Origin: an uncultured Actinomycetota bacterium
GTDB taxonomy: Bacteria; Actinomycetota; Actinomycetes; JAFAQI01
Reading direction: 5' to 3'
Assembly: GCA_963814845.1 (NCBI GenBank)
Contig: CAWFEP010000002.1
Span: forward strand, 302,015 to 366,014
DNA length: 64,000 nt
The notes below the pieces were generated by a model. That model was given only the letters and a program-made list of their open reading frames with translations. It had not been told where the DNA came from and searched no databases. The position numbers and the translations under genes are program-made. This document shows positions 49,991 through 59,116 of this stretch, piece by piece. Position 1 is the stretch's first letter; each line of letters starts with the position of its first letter.

Positions 49991-50115
49991 CGGTCATTTC
50001 GGGCTTGCCCGATAAGTCTCACCGGGCGTAAATCTGTCTCCTTATTCTCATCGCGGACGTGCCTGGACACTCGGTCACGCCTCGATTTGGCTTCGAGCGG
50101 GCAGAGGTGGTCCAA

Positions 50116-51172
50116 ATGGCAACGCACAAGCGACACAGTCGTCGACGCAAGTTCGGCGCGGTCGGAGCAGCCGCTGTTGCGGTGACCGGCGCGGCGGGCG
50201 CATGGATAGGGACCGCCAACGCCGCTATCCCCTCGGCCAGCGGAAAGATCTATGGCTGCTATAGCCCGAAGAGCGGCGACCTTCACGTCTACAGCAAGGG
50301 CAGTAGGGCACATGGTTGCCCGGCTGGCTTCAAGACGCTCGTGTGGAACGTCGCGGGAGCCAAGGGAGCAACTGGTGCGAAGGGCGCGACCGGAGCCAAG
50401 GGCGCGACGGGCTCGCAAGGCGCGACGGGCTCGCAAGGCGCGACCGGTGCGCAGGGCGCTACTGGCTCGCAGGGTGCCGATGGCGCTCAGGGCGCGACCG
50501 GTGCTCAGGGCGATAACGGGTGCACAGGGTGCAGCCGGCCCGCAAGGTGCCGATGGTGCGCAAGGCGCGACCGGAGCACAGGGCACCGTAGGCGCGCAGG
50601 GTGCGGTTGGCGCCCAAGGCGATGTCGGCGCGCAGGGCAGCACGGGTGCCCAAGGCGATGTCGGCGCGCAGGGATTTCAAGGATTCCAAGGCGCGACTGG
50701 CCCACAGGGTTTCCAAGGATTCCAGGGTGGCACCGGCGCGCAGGGCAGCCAAGGAGGCGCCGGCTCGCAGGGTGGTAACGGCGCGCAGGGCAGCCAGGGA
50801 GGCGCCGGCTCGCAAGGCGCTAACGGCTCGCAAGGCGCGCAAGGCAGCCAGGGCCCGCAGGGCGCAGCAGGCGCTCAGGGCGCTCAGGGTGCGCAGGGTC
50901 ATCAAGGTTTCCAGGGCGCTACTGGAGCCCAGGGACCGGCAACCGGCGTCGGCCTCGTCGAGGAGACCAACAGCGGCGCGGGCGATGTGTCAGTGAACTG
51001 CCCAGCGAACGACGTCGCGACTGGAGGCGGCTTCCTCAACGCGATGCAGGATGTCGTGGGCTCGTTCCCGATCGGTGGCACGCCACCGACTGGATGGCAG
51101 ATCGATGCCAACGGCGACACCAGCGTCACGGCGTACGTCATTTGCGTGCCGTCTGGCGCGCCCCCCTCCTGA
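50116..51172 (+). pseudogene. Secreted collagen-like (Gly-X-Y) protein, paralogue 4; one 1-nt frame disruption
   Basis: [36 protein letters not shown] and head [41 protein letters not shown] register is restored if one G is removed at ~50520 (aacgggtgca). Tail GDVSVNCPANDVATGGGFLNAMQDVVGSFPIGGTPPTGWQIDANGDTSVTAYVICVP. Confidence 0.8.
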
Positions 51173-51236
51173 GCCCGCGACGGCGCCAAAAGGCTGTTCG
51201 AACGAACCAGGTTGGTCGGGGTTCGTACCATGGGGA

Positions 51237-52092
51237 ATGACCAGTCCGCTGCTTGACCGCCCCGGTGCGGTCCAGGGTGTCGGAGTCGATGCCGGTGTCG
51301 CCGCGCATTACGGCGATCCGTTCGGCGAGCAGCGGCAACTGATCGAGACCGGTGGCGTCGTGGATCGCTCGCACCGCGGAGTGTTGCGGGTGAGCGGCGC
51401 GGACCGACTGTCGTGGCTGCATTCGTTGACCTCGCAGCACCTTGAGTCCTTGCCGAGCGATGAGGTACGTGAGGCGTTGGTGCTCTCGCCGCACGGCCAT
51501 GTCGAGCATCACCTCGTGCTTCGCGACGATGGTGACGGCGACATGGATCACGGTCGAGCCGGAAACGGTTGAGGCGCTCGCGACGTATCTCAACTCCATG
51601 CGGTTCATGCTCCGGGTCGAGGTGAGTGACGAGACACCGCTATATGCGGTGCTGTCAGTCCGCAGCAACGGCGGCTGGGAAGACATGACCGTGCCACGCG
51701 CAGAGCCTCCGAACGGGTCGACGCCGTCGGCCTGCCGCTGGTTGGACATGGTGCCTACGAGGCCTGCGGGTGGAGGCGCACGTGCCGCGGCTGGCGTTCG
51801 AGACCGACCACCGGACAATCCCGCACGAACTCGGCTGGATCGGCTCGGCTGTGCACCTCGACAAGGGGTGCTATCGAGGGCAAGAAACCGTTGCGCAGGG
51901 TTCATAACCTGGGGCCGTCCGCCGCGTCGGCTGATCTTCGGACACCTCGATGGAACTGCTGACGAGTTGCCGCCGGCTCACACCCCGGTCGAGCTTGACG
52001 GGCGTGCGGTCGGCTTCCTTGGCACTGCGGTGCAACACGCCGAGCTTGGGCCGATCGCACTCGCCGTCGTCAAGCGGGCGAGCCGAAGATGA
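51237..52092 (+). pseudogene. ygfZ: YgfZ/GcvT-like folate-binding protein, frameshifted
   Basis: HYGDPFGEQRQL...VDRSHRGVLRVSGADRLSWLHSLTSQHL...LSPHGHVEHHL, then ITVEPETVEALATYLNSMRFMLRVEV and the C-terminal ..GFLGTAVQHAELGPIALAVVKR in other frames. Confidence 0.65.
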
Positions 52093-52157
52093 CGCCATGC
52101 TCGACCGTCGAGGGCATGGCGATGAAGCCGGAACGGGTTGTCGACGCTTAGTAACTG

Positions 52158-54014
52158 TTAGCCGGGGTTAGAGCCCGAACAGGCCGATCTTCTTCTTGGT
52201 CTTCTTGTCAACGACGTTGGGCCGGGGCCTTGTGTGCCGTGGCGGCGCGCAGTCGGTGCGCTTGGCTCGTCGTCATCGATGCCGAGCGAGGACAGCTCGC
52301 GCAGGAGTGCGGCAGTGTCCGCCTGACCCGCGTCGCTCCAGGCTTCCTCGGCTCGGCTCGTCGGCATCGGCCTCTTCGACCTCGGCAGCGGGGTCCGCTG
52401 AATCGTCCACTGCGGTGGCCGTCTCATCGGCGGCTACAGGCTCGGGCTCGTTCGTTGTTGCCAGCTCGACGAGCAGGGCGGTCGCTGCCGCGGCTTCATC
52501 TGCGGCCCGCGCCGCATCGTCGGCGGCTTGGCGTTCCGCCTTGCGTCGGCTGACGCGGTCGCCCTTGGCCTCGTCATCGGTCACGTTCGCCGAGTCCTGC
52601 TCGACTGGTTCCGTGTCGATGGACAGGCTGTGGAGCTCCGCGGCCGAGACCCGCTCGGACTCTTCGGCTTCGATCCGCTCCGCTTCTGGCCGCTCGGCTT
52701 CGATCCGCTCGCTTCGGCCTGCTCCGCGGCGATCCGCTCGGCCTCTTCCTCAGCGGCGGCCAGTTGAGCAGCTTCTTCGGCGGCAATCCGCTCGGCCTCT
52801 TCAGCAGCGATTCGCTCCGCTTCTAGCCGCTCGGCTTCGACTCGCTCCGCTTCGGCCTGCTCTGCGGCGACTCGCTCGGCCTCTTCGGCGGCGATCCGCT
52901 CAGCCTCGGCTTGCTCTGCCTCGGCTTGCTCAGTGGCGATCCGTTCGGCTTCGATTCGTTCAGCGTCGAGTCGATCGGCCTCCGCCTGTTCGGCTGCGGC
53001 TCGTTCGGCTTGCTTCGGCTTCGATCCGCTCGCTTCGATGCGCTCGGCCTCGACCTGCTCTGCGACTGCCTGCTCTGCGGCTGCTTGCTTGCTGCTCGTG
53101 CGTCACCTTCGAGCTGCCAGTATTCGGCCCACGCGAGCTCTTCTGCGCCAGGCGCTCGGCGTGCTCGGCGGCAATCCGTTCGGCTTCCACTCGCTCGAGC
53201 TCTAGCCGCTCCAGCTCAGCCGCGTCAGTGTGCTCAGTCTGCTCATCCTGCTCGGCGATGAGGTCGGCTGGCTCGTCCTCAGTCGACGGGTGTGCCTCGA
53301 CCGAGCCCTCAGGGCCAAACTCGATGTCGACGGTGGCGTCGCTGGCCGAGTCGATCGCTGCGTCGACCTCAGTGTCGAACTCAGTGTCGAACTCAGTGTC
53401 GAACTCAGTGTCGAACTCAGTGTCGACTTCGATGTCACTGGCAGCGTCGACGTCGACGTCGGTCGCACCTCGATCGCAGTGTCGACGTCGGTCGCACCGC
53501 CGATCTCAGTGTCGACATCGTATCGGTCGCAGTATCGGTCGCAGTATCGGTGGCAGCCTCGAACTCGGCCGCTTCCAGCTGCTCAGCCGGCTCCTGCTCA
53601 GCGCCGGTGTCCCAGCTCTGTTGATCGGTCGTGAAGTCTTCGGTGCGCTCGTCGCCCTCGATGTCGGCGACGAGGGTGTCGGAGGACTGCTCGCCGTGCT
53701 CATTCGATGCGGTGGTGTCGTGATCGGCCCGCAGCGTTTCGACCATCGCCTGGGCGCTCGCGAGCTCGGCTGCCGCGGCTGAACGCAGCCGCTTGCGACG
53801 CTGCCATTCGGGATCGCTGGTCGATCCTCGCGATCGTTTGAGCGCGACCGTCGCCCGCGCTGCCGTTGTCACCCTCGAGCGCGTCCGGCGTCTCGCCGAG
53901 GACATCCGACAGTGCGTTGGACACGCGCGCGATTGAGGCTGCGAACGACTCGTTCGAGTGGCGATGCAGCGGCACGATCATCGGGTTGTCGAAGGAGGTA
54001 ACGCCTGAGCTCAA
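52158..54014 (-). pseudogene. Acidic Glu/Ala-rich repeat (coiled-coil-like) protein, multiple frame changes; forms an operon with the DUF4388 gene
   Basis: The TTG start overlaps the DUF4388 stop. Segments MSSGVTSFDNPMIVPLHRHSNESFAASIARV, ELASAQAMVETLRADHD, (TEFD)x5, long [10 protein letters not shown]-type repeats, and ALLRELSSLGIDDDEP with a possible ..KKTKKKIGLFGL* tail are distributed over all three minus frames. Confidence 0.5.
53368..53427. repeat. Five tandem 12-bp units (minus-strand codons for TEFD)
   Basis: CTCAGTGTCGAA is repeated five times, exact except for the last base. Confidence 0.9.
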
Positions 54015-54988
54015 CGGGGCGCGAGCGCCACTCGGTCGGCTGCCTCGTCTGGCTCGAATTCCTCGCCGGAATCGTCCCGGGGATCCTCGTCTTGCGGATG
54101 TTCACCCGCAACCTCGTTCACCAGGCGGGCCAGGCGGCTCAGGACGTCTTCGTCGTCGCCGCCGGCTTGCTCGCCGGTGTCGTCTGCCTTCCCCTCGTCC
54201 GAGGTCGGCTCGTCGAGCTCACCGGCCAGCGCCGAGGTCAGCGTCGACGCGCCGTATAGCTCGCTGCCAGCGATGTCGACGTCCTCTTCAATGTCAACCA
54301 GGCCAGCCTGGACGAGCAGCACGATGATCTGGCCGGCCTCGAACAACGTGTAGCCGCAGTCGCGGGCGAGGTCGGCAACCGAGCGTTCGCCGTCGATTTT
54401 GCACAGCATCGACCAGGCGTCGTTGTCCAACGTCGTCTCTGCGGGTGCAGCATCGCGCGCCGACAGCATCGGGATCGCGGCTGGCCCGTGGACGATGGCG
54501 GAGATGTTCTCCCACTCATAGCCGCGGTCGCGCAACGTGGCGAGCAGTTCAACCACGGGCATCGGCGGACCGACGTCTTCGCGGGCTCGGATGTTCTTAC
54601 GGAACTTCCAGCGCCCGTCGGTCCAGCGCAACAGGTCCCAGAGAGCTTCGGTGACCTGCTCCATGACAAAGGCCTCGACCACCGGCTGATCGACGTAGCC
54701 GAGGTGGACGAGGAGCTCACCGAGGCGCCAGCCCTGCAGCTCGCTGCGCTGGGCCTCGAGGGCCTCGGCGAGCGCTTCTGGAGCGAGCGCGCCGGAGGAG
54801 ACAAGCTTCGCGCCGAGCTGAGGTCGCGTGCCCGGCACCGAGACCGAGTAGATCAGGCCGTTCTTGACGAAGATGAGCGCCTCATCGCCGACCGGATTTG
54901 TCACGTGGAGGCAGCCGGTGGCGGCGTCCGAGGCGAGATCGCGGAGCAGGGGGGCGAGCGGAGTAGACGTCAGGTCGCCTTTGAGCAT
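54011..54988 (-). CDS. DUF4388 (PatA-N-like) domain protein with acidic C-terminus
   Basis: MLKGDLTSTPLAPLLRDLASDAATGCLHVTNPVGDEALIFVKNGLIYSV is the canonical DUF4388 opening. The ATG at 54988 is preceded by AGGAGG. Confidence 0.6.
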   Translation of the reverse strand: MLKGDLTSTPLAPLLRDLASDAATGCLHVTNPVGDEALIFVKNGLIYSVSVPGTRPQLGAKLVSSGALAPEALAEALEAQRSELQGWRLGELLVHLGYVDQPVVEAFVMEQVTEALWDLLRWTDGRWKFRKNIRAREDVGPPMPVVELLATLRDRGYEWENISAIVHGPAAIPMLSARDAAPAETTLDNDAWSMLCKIDGERSVADLARDCGYTLFEAGQIIVLLVQAGLVDIEEDVDIAGSELYGASTLTSALAGELDEPTSDEGKADDTGEQAGGDDEDVLSRLARLVNEVAGEHPQDEDPRDDSGEEFEPDEAADRVALAPR

Positions 54989-55313
54989 GGACGACCTCCT
55001 CATACGTGCGTGTAGTGACGCTGTGGGCTACCTCCTTCCCTTCGGCACTTCAAGCGTCAGTGTTGAGCCAATTGGCGCAATCGGACCGTCACGGCGGTGT
55101 CTCGTCGTGGCACGATGTCGCCATGGCCTCGCCGAGTGGGATCTTCACGGCCCAATTGAGCGTGAAAATCGCCCGGTTGGACCACCGTTCGGTAGCGTCG
55201 GGGGGCCGGATCCCCGCGGTCGCCCAGTGCCTGCCGGTGGGGCCCGACCGGCCTCGCGTCATGCTGGGGATCTCAGGCGCCCGATCGAATCCGACGTAGA
55301 CGAAGGCGAACGC

Positions 55314-55868
55314 ATGACACAGCCCGGTGGAAATCGCCGCATTGACCGAGTCCTCGCCGAGGGGTTCCTCGACAGAGTGACCGAAGTCTCTCTTGACGAA
55401 CTGCGCACGATGCGGGCCGATGCCGAGCAGGAGGAGACCGATCTGTCCTACCTGCGTCGGTTGTTGCAGGGTCGGCTCGACATACTTCGGGCCGAGGCCG
55501 GGCGGCGCGCCGGCGGCGAGGGAGCAGCGTCCCTGTTGGACCTGTTGCCGGGCATTCTCGCCGATGAGGGCGGTCAGAGCGCCGCGCACGGCTTGGGTCG
55601 CCACACCTCATCTGAGCCATCCCGCGCCGACCTTCACCGTCGTTATGTCGAGGCTCTCGTGGCCGACGTCGCGATGTCGGATCCGTCTGGTCACAGTGAC
55701 GAGTCGCTCGCGCGTGCCATCGATGTGCTGGAGCGCGAGGAGGCGACGGTGTCGGCTAACCGGCACGCCGTGCAAGAGGTGATGGATCGATGCACCGCGG
55801 AGATCACCCGGCGGTATCGCGAAGGCGACGCCGACGTCGCTGACCTGTTGCCCAGCGAGTCAAACTGA
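55314..55868 (+). CDS. rsiG: RsiG-like anti-sigma factor with two c-di-GMP-binding E(x)3S(x)2R(x)3Q(x)3D motifs
   Basis: Residues 41-56 ETDLSYLRRLLQGRLD and residues 143-158 EATVSANRHAVQEVMD both fit E-x3-S-x2-R-x3-Q-x3-D exactly, within a 184-aa predicted helical protein. Confidence 0.65.
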   Translation: MTQPGGNRRIDRVLAEGFLDRVTEVSLDELRTMRADAEQEETDLSYLRRLLQGRLDILRAEAGRRAGGEGAASLLDLLPGILADEGGQSAAHGLGRHTSSEPSRADLHRRYVEALVADVAMSDPSGHSDESLARAIDVLEREEATVSANRHAVQEVMDRCTAEITRRYREGDADVADLLPSESN

Positions 55869-55888
55869 GCTCACCCGCCGCCCTCCCG

Positions 55889-56821
55889 GTGGTCGCGGAG
55901 GTTGTCCGCGGCGGTTTCGTCGAAGGCCATCACGCGGGCAGTGTGATCGCGGTTCGTGCTGACGGCACGACCGCGCTTGCAGCTGGCTCGCCGGAGGCGC
56001 CGATGTTGCCTCGTAGTGCGGCGAAGCCACTGCAGGCAGTCGGAATGCTGCGCGCTGGCCTCGTTGTCGATGACGAACAACTCGCCGTGGTATGCGCCAG
56101 TCATTCCGGTGAGCCGCGCCACCTCGACATCGTCCGGTCGATCTTGTTTCAGGTTGGTCTGGACGAGTCGGCGCTGGACAACACGCCCGGAATGCCCCTC
56201 GACGGCGAAGCGCGGCGAGCAATGATCCGCGCGGGCGAGGGTCCGAGTCGGCTGGCGCAAAACTGTTCGGGCAAGCACGCCGGGATGATCGCCACGTGCG
56301 TCGCGGCTGGCTGGCCCACTGCTGGCTACCGCGAGCCGGAGCACCCGTTGCAGCAGGCGCTGCGGTCAACGATCGAGGAGCTCAGCGCTGAGACTGTCAC
56401 CGCGACGGTCGTCGACGGCTGTGGGGCGGCGCTGTTCGCGGTGACCCTCGTCGGACTGGCTCGGTCGTTCGCGCGGCTGGGGACCGCGGCCGAAGACACT
56501 GCCGAGCATCGCTGTGTCGTGGCGATGCGGGCATATCCCGAGCTCGTCGGTGGCCGCGGCCGCGATGTGACCCGCCTCATTGCGGGTGTGCCAGACCTCA
56601 TTGCGAAGGATGGCGCCGAAGGTGTCTACGCCGTTGCCTTGTCAGACGGCCGCGCCGCAGCGATCAAGATTGACGACGGCGCGGAGCGAGCTCGACTGCC
56701 GGTGATGGTGGCGGCGTTGCGGGCGCTAGGAGTCGATGCGCATGTGCTTTCCGAGCTGGCAACGGTTGCGGTCCTCGGCCACGGCGAGCGGGTTGGCGAG
56801 GTTCACGCCACTTTGATCTGA
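55889..56821 (+). CDS. Asparaginase (Asparaginase_II / PF06089-type)
   Basis: VVRGGFVEGHHAGSVIAVRADGT...PRSAAKPLQAVGML...CASHSGE...NCSGKHAGM... follows the pattern of this family. Confidence 0.7.
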   Translation: MVAEVVRGGFVEGHHAGSVIAVRADGTTALAAGSPEAPMLPRSAAKPLQAVGMLRAGLVVDDEQLAVVCASHSGEPRHLDIVRSILFQVGLDESALDNTPGMPLDGEARRAMIRAGEGPSRLAQNCSGKHAGMIATCVAAGWPTAGYREPEHPLQQALRSTIEELSAETVTATVVDGCGAALFAVTLVGLARSFARLGTAAEDTAEHRCVVAMRAYPELVGGRGRDVTRLIAGVPDLIAKDGAEGVYAVALSDGRAAAIKIDDGAERARLPVMVAALRALGVDAHVLSELATVAVLGHGERVGEVHATLI

Positions 56822-56876
56822 CACGCCGAACGCGGTGCTTGCTGGGTGCTTGCAATAGTTAGCGCAAGTCCGTAGG

Positions 56877-57383
56877 GTGGGATTCGTGGCCAAGATCGAC
56901 GTACGCAACCTCGGGGATTACATCCGCGAGCAGCGTTCGACGGCGCAGATCTCCTTGCGTCAGTTGGCGACGCTGGCTGGGGTGTCCAACCCCTACCTCA
57001 GCCAGATCGAGAGAGGTCTTCGCAAGCCCAGTGCGGAGATCCTCCAGCAGATCGCCAAGGCCCTGCGGATCTCAGCTGAAGCACTGTACGTACAAGCCGG
57101 GATCCTTGAAGAACGCTATGGCGACAGCGATGTGCCCGCGGCGATCCTGTCCGACGCGCATCTCGCCGAACGTCAAAAGCAAGTCCTGCTAGAGCTTTAC
57201 GAGGCCTACCGGCGCGAAACCGACGCGGCGAGCAGTCAGCAAGCGGCGACACCGCCGGTCGTGACTGAGGCCTCGACATCTGCAACGTCCCGCACGCGGA
57301 CGGCGCGGCGCGCGAAGCCGCGCACGACCGCACCGCCCGCAAGCAAGACCCGCGCGACTAAGCCAAACACTCGCGCTCACTAG
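56877..57383 (+). CDS. XRE family HTH transcriptional regulator
   Basis: LGDYIREQRSTAQISLRQLATLAGVSNPYLSQIERGLRKPSAEILQQIAKAL is a Cro/C1-type HTH. The C-terminal tail is basic. Confidence 0.8.
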   Translation: MGFVAKIDVRNLGDYIREQRSTAQISLRQLATLAGVSNPYLSQIERGLRKPSAEILQQIAKALRISAEALYVQAGILEERYGDSDVPAAILSDAHLAERQKQVLLELYEAYRRETDAASSQQAATPPVVTEASTSATSRTRTARRAKPRTTAPPASKTRATKPNTRAH

Positions 57384-57496
57384 CGGGCGGGGGAGGGAGT
57401 GCGCCACATGGCGACACCCCGCTCTCTTTCCCGCCTCTCCATCGTTTCGTCATCGTGTCGCCGTCCGTGGCACGTCACACCGGTCCAGGAGGTCCG

Positions 57497-58126
57497 ATGC
57501 CTACCGTCCCCACACTCGACGCCAAGCCGCTGTATGCCATTGCCGGCGCTGGCGACCTCGCAGTCGAGCGGCTGCGCACCCGCGCTGCTGCACTTCCGTT
57601 GCAGGTCAAGGAGATTCCCGCCCTCGCGTCTTCGCGACGGGTTGAGTTGCGCAAGCAGGCACACAGTCAGGCAGCCGAGCTTCGTAAGCAAGCGACCGCG
57701 TTTCCGGTCGACTTCGTCAAGCAGGCCAACGCACTTCAGGTCGAGCTGCGTGGCATCGATGTGCGCAAGCAGGTCGAGGACTTGCCGACCGAGTGGCGCA
57801 AGCAGATCGAGGAGCTCAGCACTGTCATCCGCAAGCAGGCTGAGGACCTGACCTCGAAGGCCACCAAGGCATACGGCGAGTTCGCGGTGCGTGGCGAGAA
57901 GGTTGTCGCCGGGCTCCGAGGCGACGCGCCGAAGGCTGCGACGGTCACTGCGAGCAAGCCGGCCGCCAAGCGCACCACTGCCAAGAAGGCGCCGGCCAAG
58001 CGCGCCGCAGCGAAGAAGGCTCCGGCCAAGCGCGCAACTGCCAAGAAGGCTCCCGCCAAGCGAGCAACTGCGAGCAAGGTCGCCACGTCGACCACAACGC
58101 TGAACGGCAGCACCCAGTCCAACTGA
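57497..58126 (+). CDS. HbhA-like heparin-binding adhesin/coiled-coil protein with Lys/Ala/Pro repeat tail
   Basis: AKPLYAIAGAGDLAVERLR opening, a long helical middle, and C-terminal KPAAKRTTAKKAPAKRAAAKKAPAKRATAKKAPAKRA repeats. AGGAGG lies upstream of the ATG. It sits directly after the XRE regulator, as in mycobacteria. Confidence 0.65.
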   Translation: MPTVPTLDAKPLYAIAGAGDLAVERLRTRAAALPLQVKEIPALASSRRVELRKQAHSQAAELRKQATAFPVDFVKQANALQVELRGIDVRKQVEDLPTEWRKQIEELSTVIRKQAEDLTSKATKAYGEFAVRGEKVVAGLRGDAPKAATVTASKPAAKRTTAKKAPAKRAAAKKAPAKRATAKKAPAKRATASKVATSTTTLNGSTQSN

Positions 58127-58292
58127 TCTGACCGCACAACCTGAGCTGACCGCACAACGAGAAGTGCCCCGACGAGCCTCCGCTTGCCGGGGCACTTCTG
58201 CGTGCTGAGGTATTTGCTCAGGTAGCCGATGCACCATGGAGTGGTGACCGACGAGGCGTGGCCGCCGCCGACGCCCTGAGCAGTGGCTCCCC

Positions 58293-59094
58293 GTGCCCGC
58301 GCCGCTGCCGGCATCGGGGCCGTCGAGCGCGCCGCATGGGCTGCGGGCCAGGGTGAAGCGAGCGCTCGCGCCGCTTGCCGGCATCGGTGCTTTCCTGGCG
58401 AAGTTCGGCCTGGTGCTGATCAAGCTCAAGTCGCTCGTGCTCGTCGGCTCGATGGCGGTGTCGGTCGCGGCGTACGCCTCGATCTGGGGGTGGAAGTTCG
58501 CGCTCGGGTTTGTGCTGCTGATCTTCATCCACGAGATGGGCCATGTCGTCGTTCTGCGCGCCCGCGGGATTCGGGCCGGGTGGCCGGTGTTCCTGCCGTT
58601 TCTCGGTGCGTTCGTGTCGATGAAGTCGATGCCGCAGTCGGTCTACCAGGAGGCGGAGTCCGCCCTCGCCGGCCCGATCGCCGGCACGGCAGGCGCGCTG
58701 GTCGTCGGCTACATCGCCCACCTGGACGGCTCGAGCTTGCTGCGCAGCCTGGCATTCACCGGCCTGCTGCTCAACTTGTTCAACCTGCTGCCGGCGCTTC
58801 CGCTCGACGGTGGCCGGGTCGCCGGTGCGCTGCATCCGGTGATCTGGCTGGCGGGCCTGCTGGCGTTGCTCGGATTCGAGATCTACCGGCCAAGCCCGGT
58901 GATCCCGATCCTGCTGGTGCTCGGGGGCTACGAGCTTTACCGGCGCTGGCGCGGTCGAGACAGCGAGGCGTCGCGGGTCTACTTCGCGTTGCAGCCGGGG
59001 CAGCGGGCACGAGATCGGCACGGCGTACCTCGCGCTGGTTGGCGTCATCCTGATCGGCATGCACTGGACGTACGCGCAGCGCCACTTCTCCTGA
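58293..59094 (+). pseudogene. Site-2 protease-like M50 family metalloprotease, frameshift near 59010
   Basis: HExxH as FIHEMGHVV, second motif NLLPALPLDGGRV. The hydrophobic tail IGTAYLALVGVILIGMHWTYAQRHFS* is read only after a shift. Confidence 0.7.
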
Positions 59095-59116
59095 GCGGTT
59101 GGCGGGGTTTCGCGAG

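Noticed and set aside
52196-53782. 528-aa + strand ORF (Ser/Ala/Arg-rich)
   Set aside because: It is the antisense shadow of the acidic Glu/Ala repeat gene on the minus strand, which is translationally coupled to the DUF4388 gene. It has no recognisable start context or domains.
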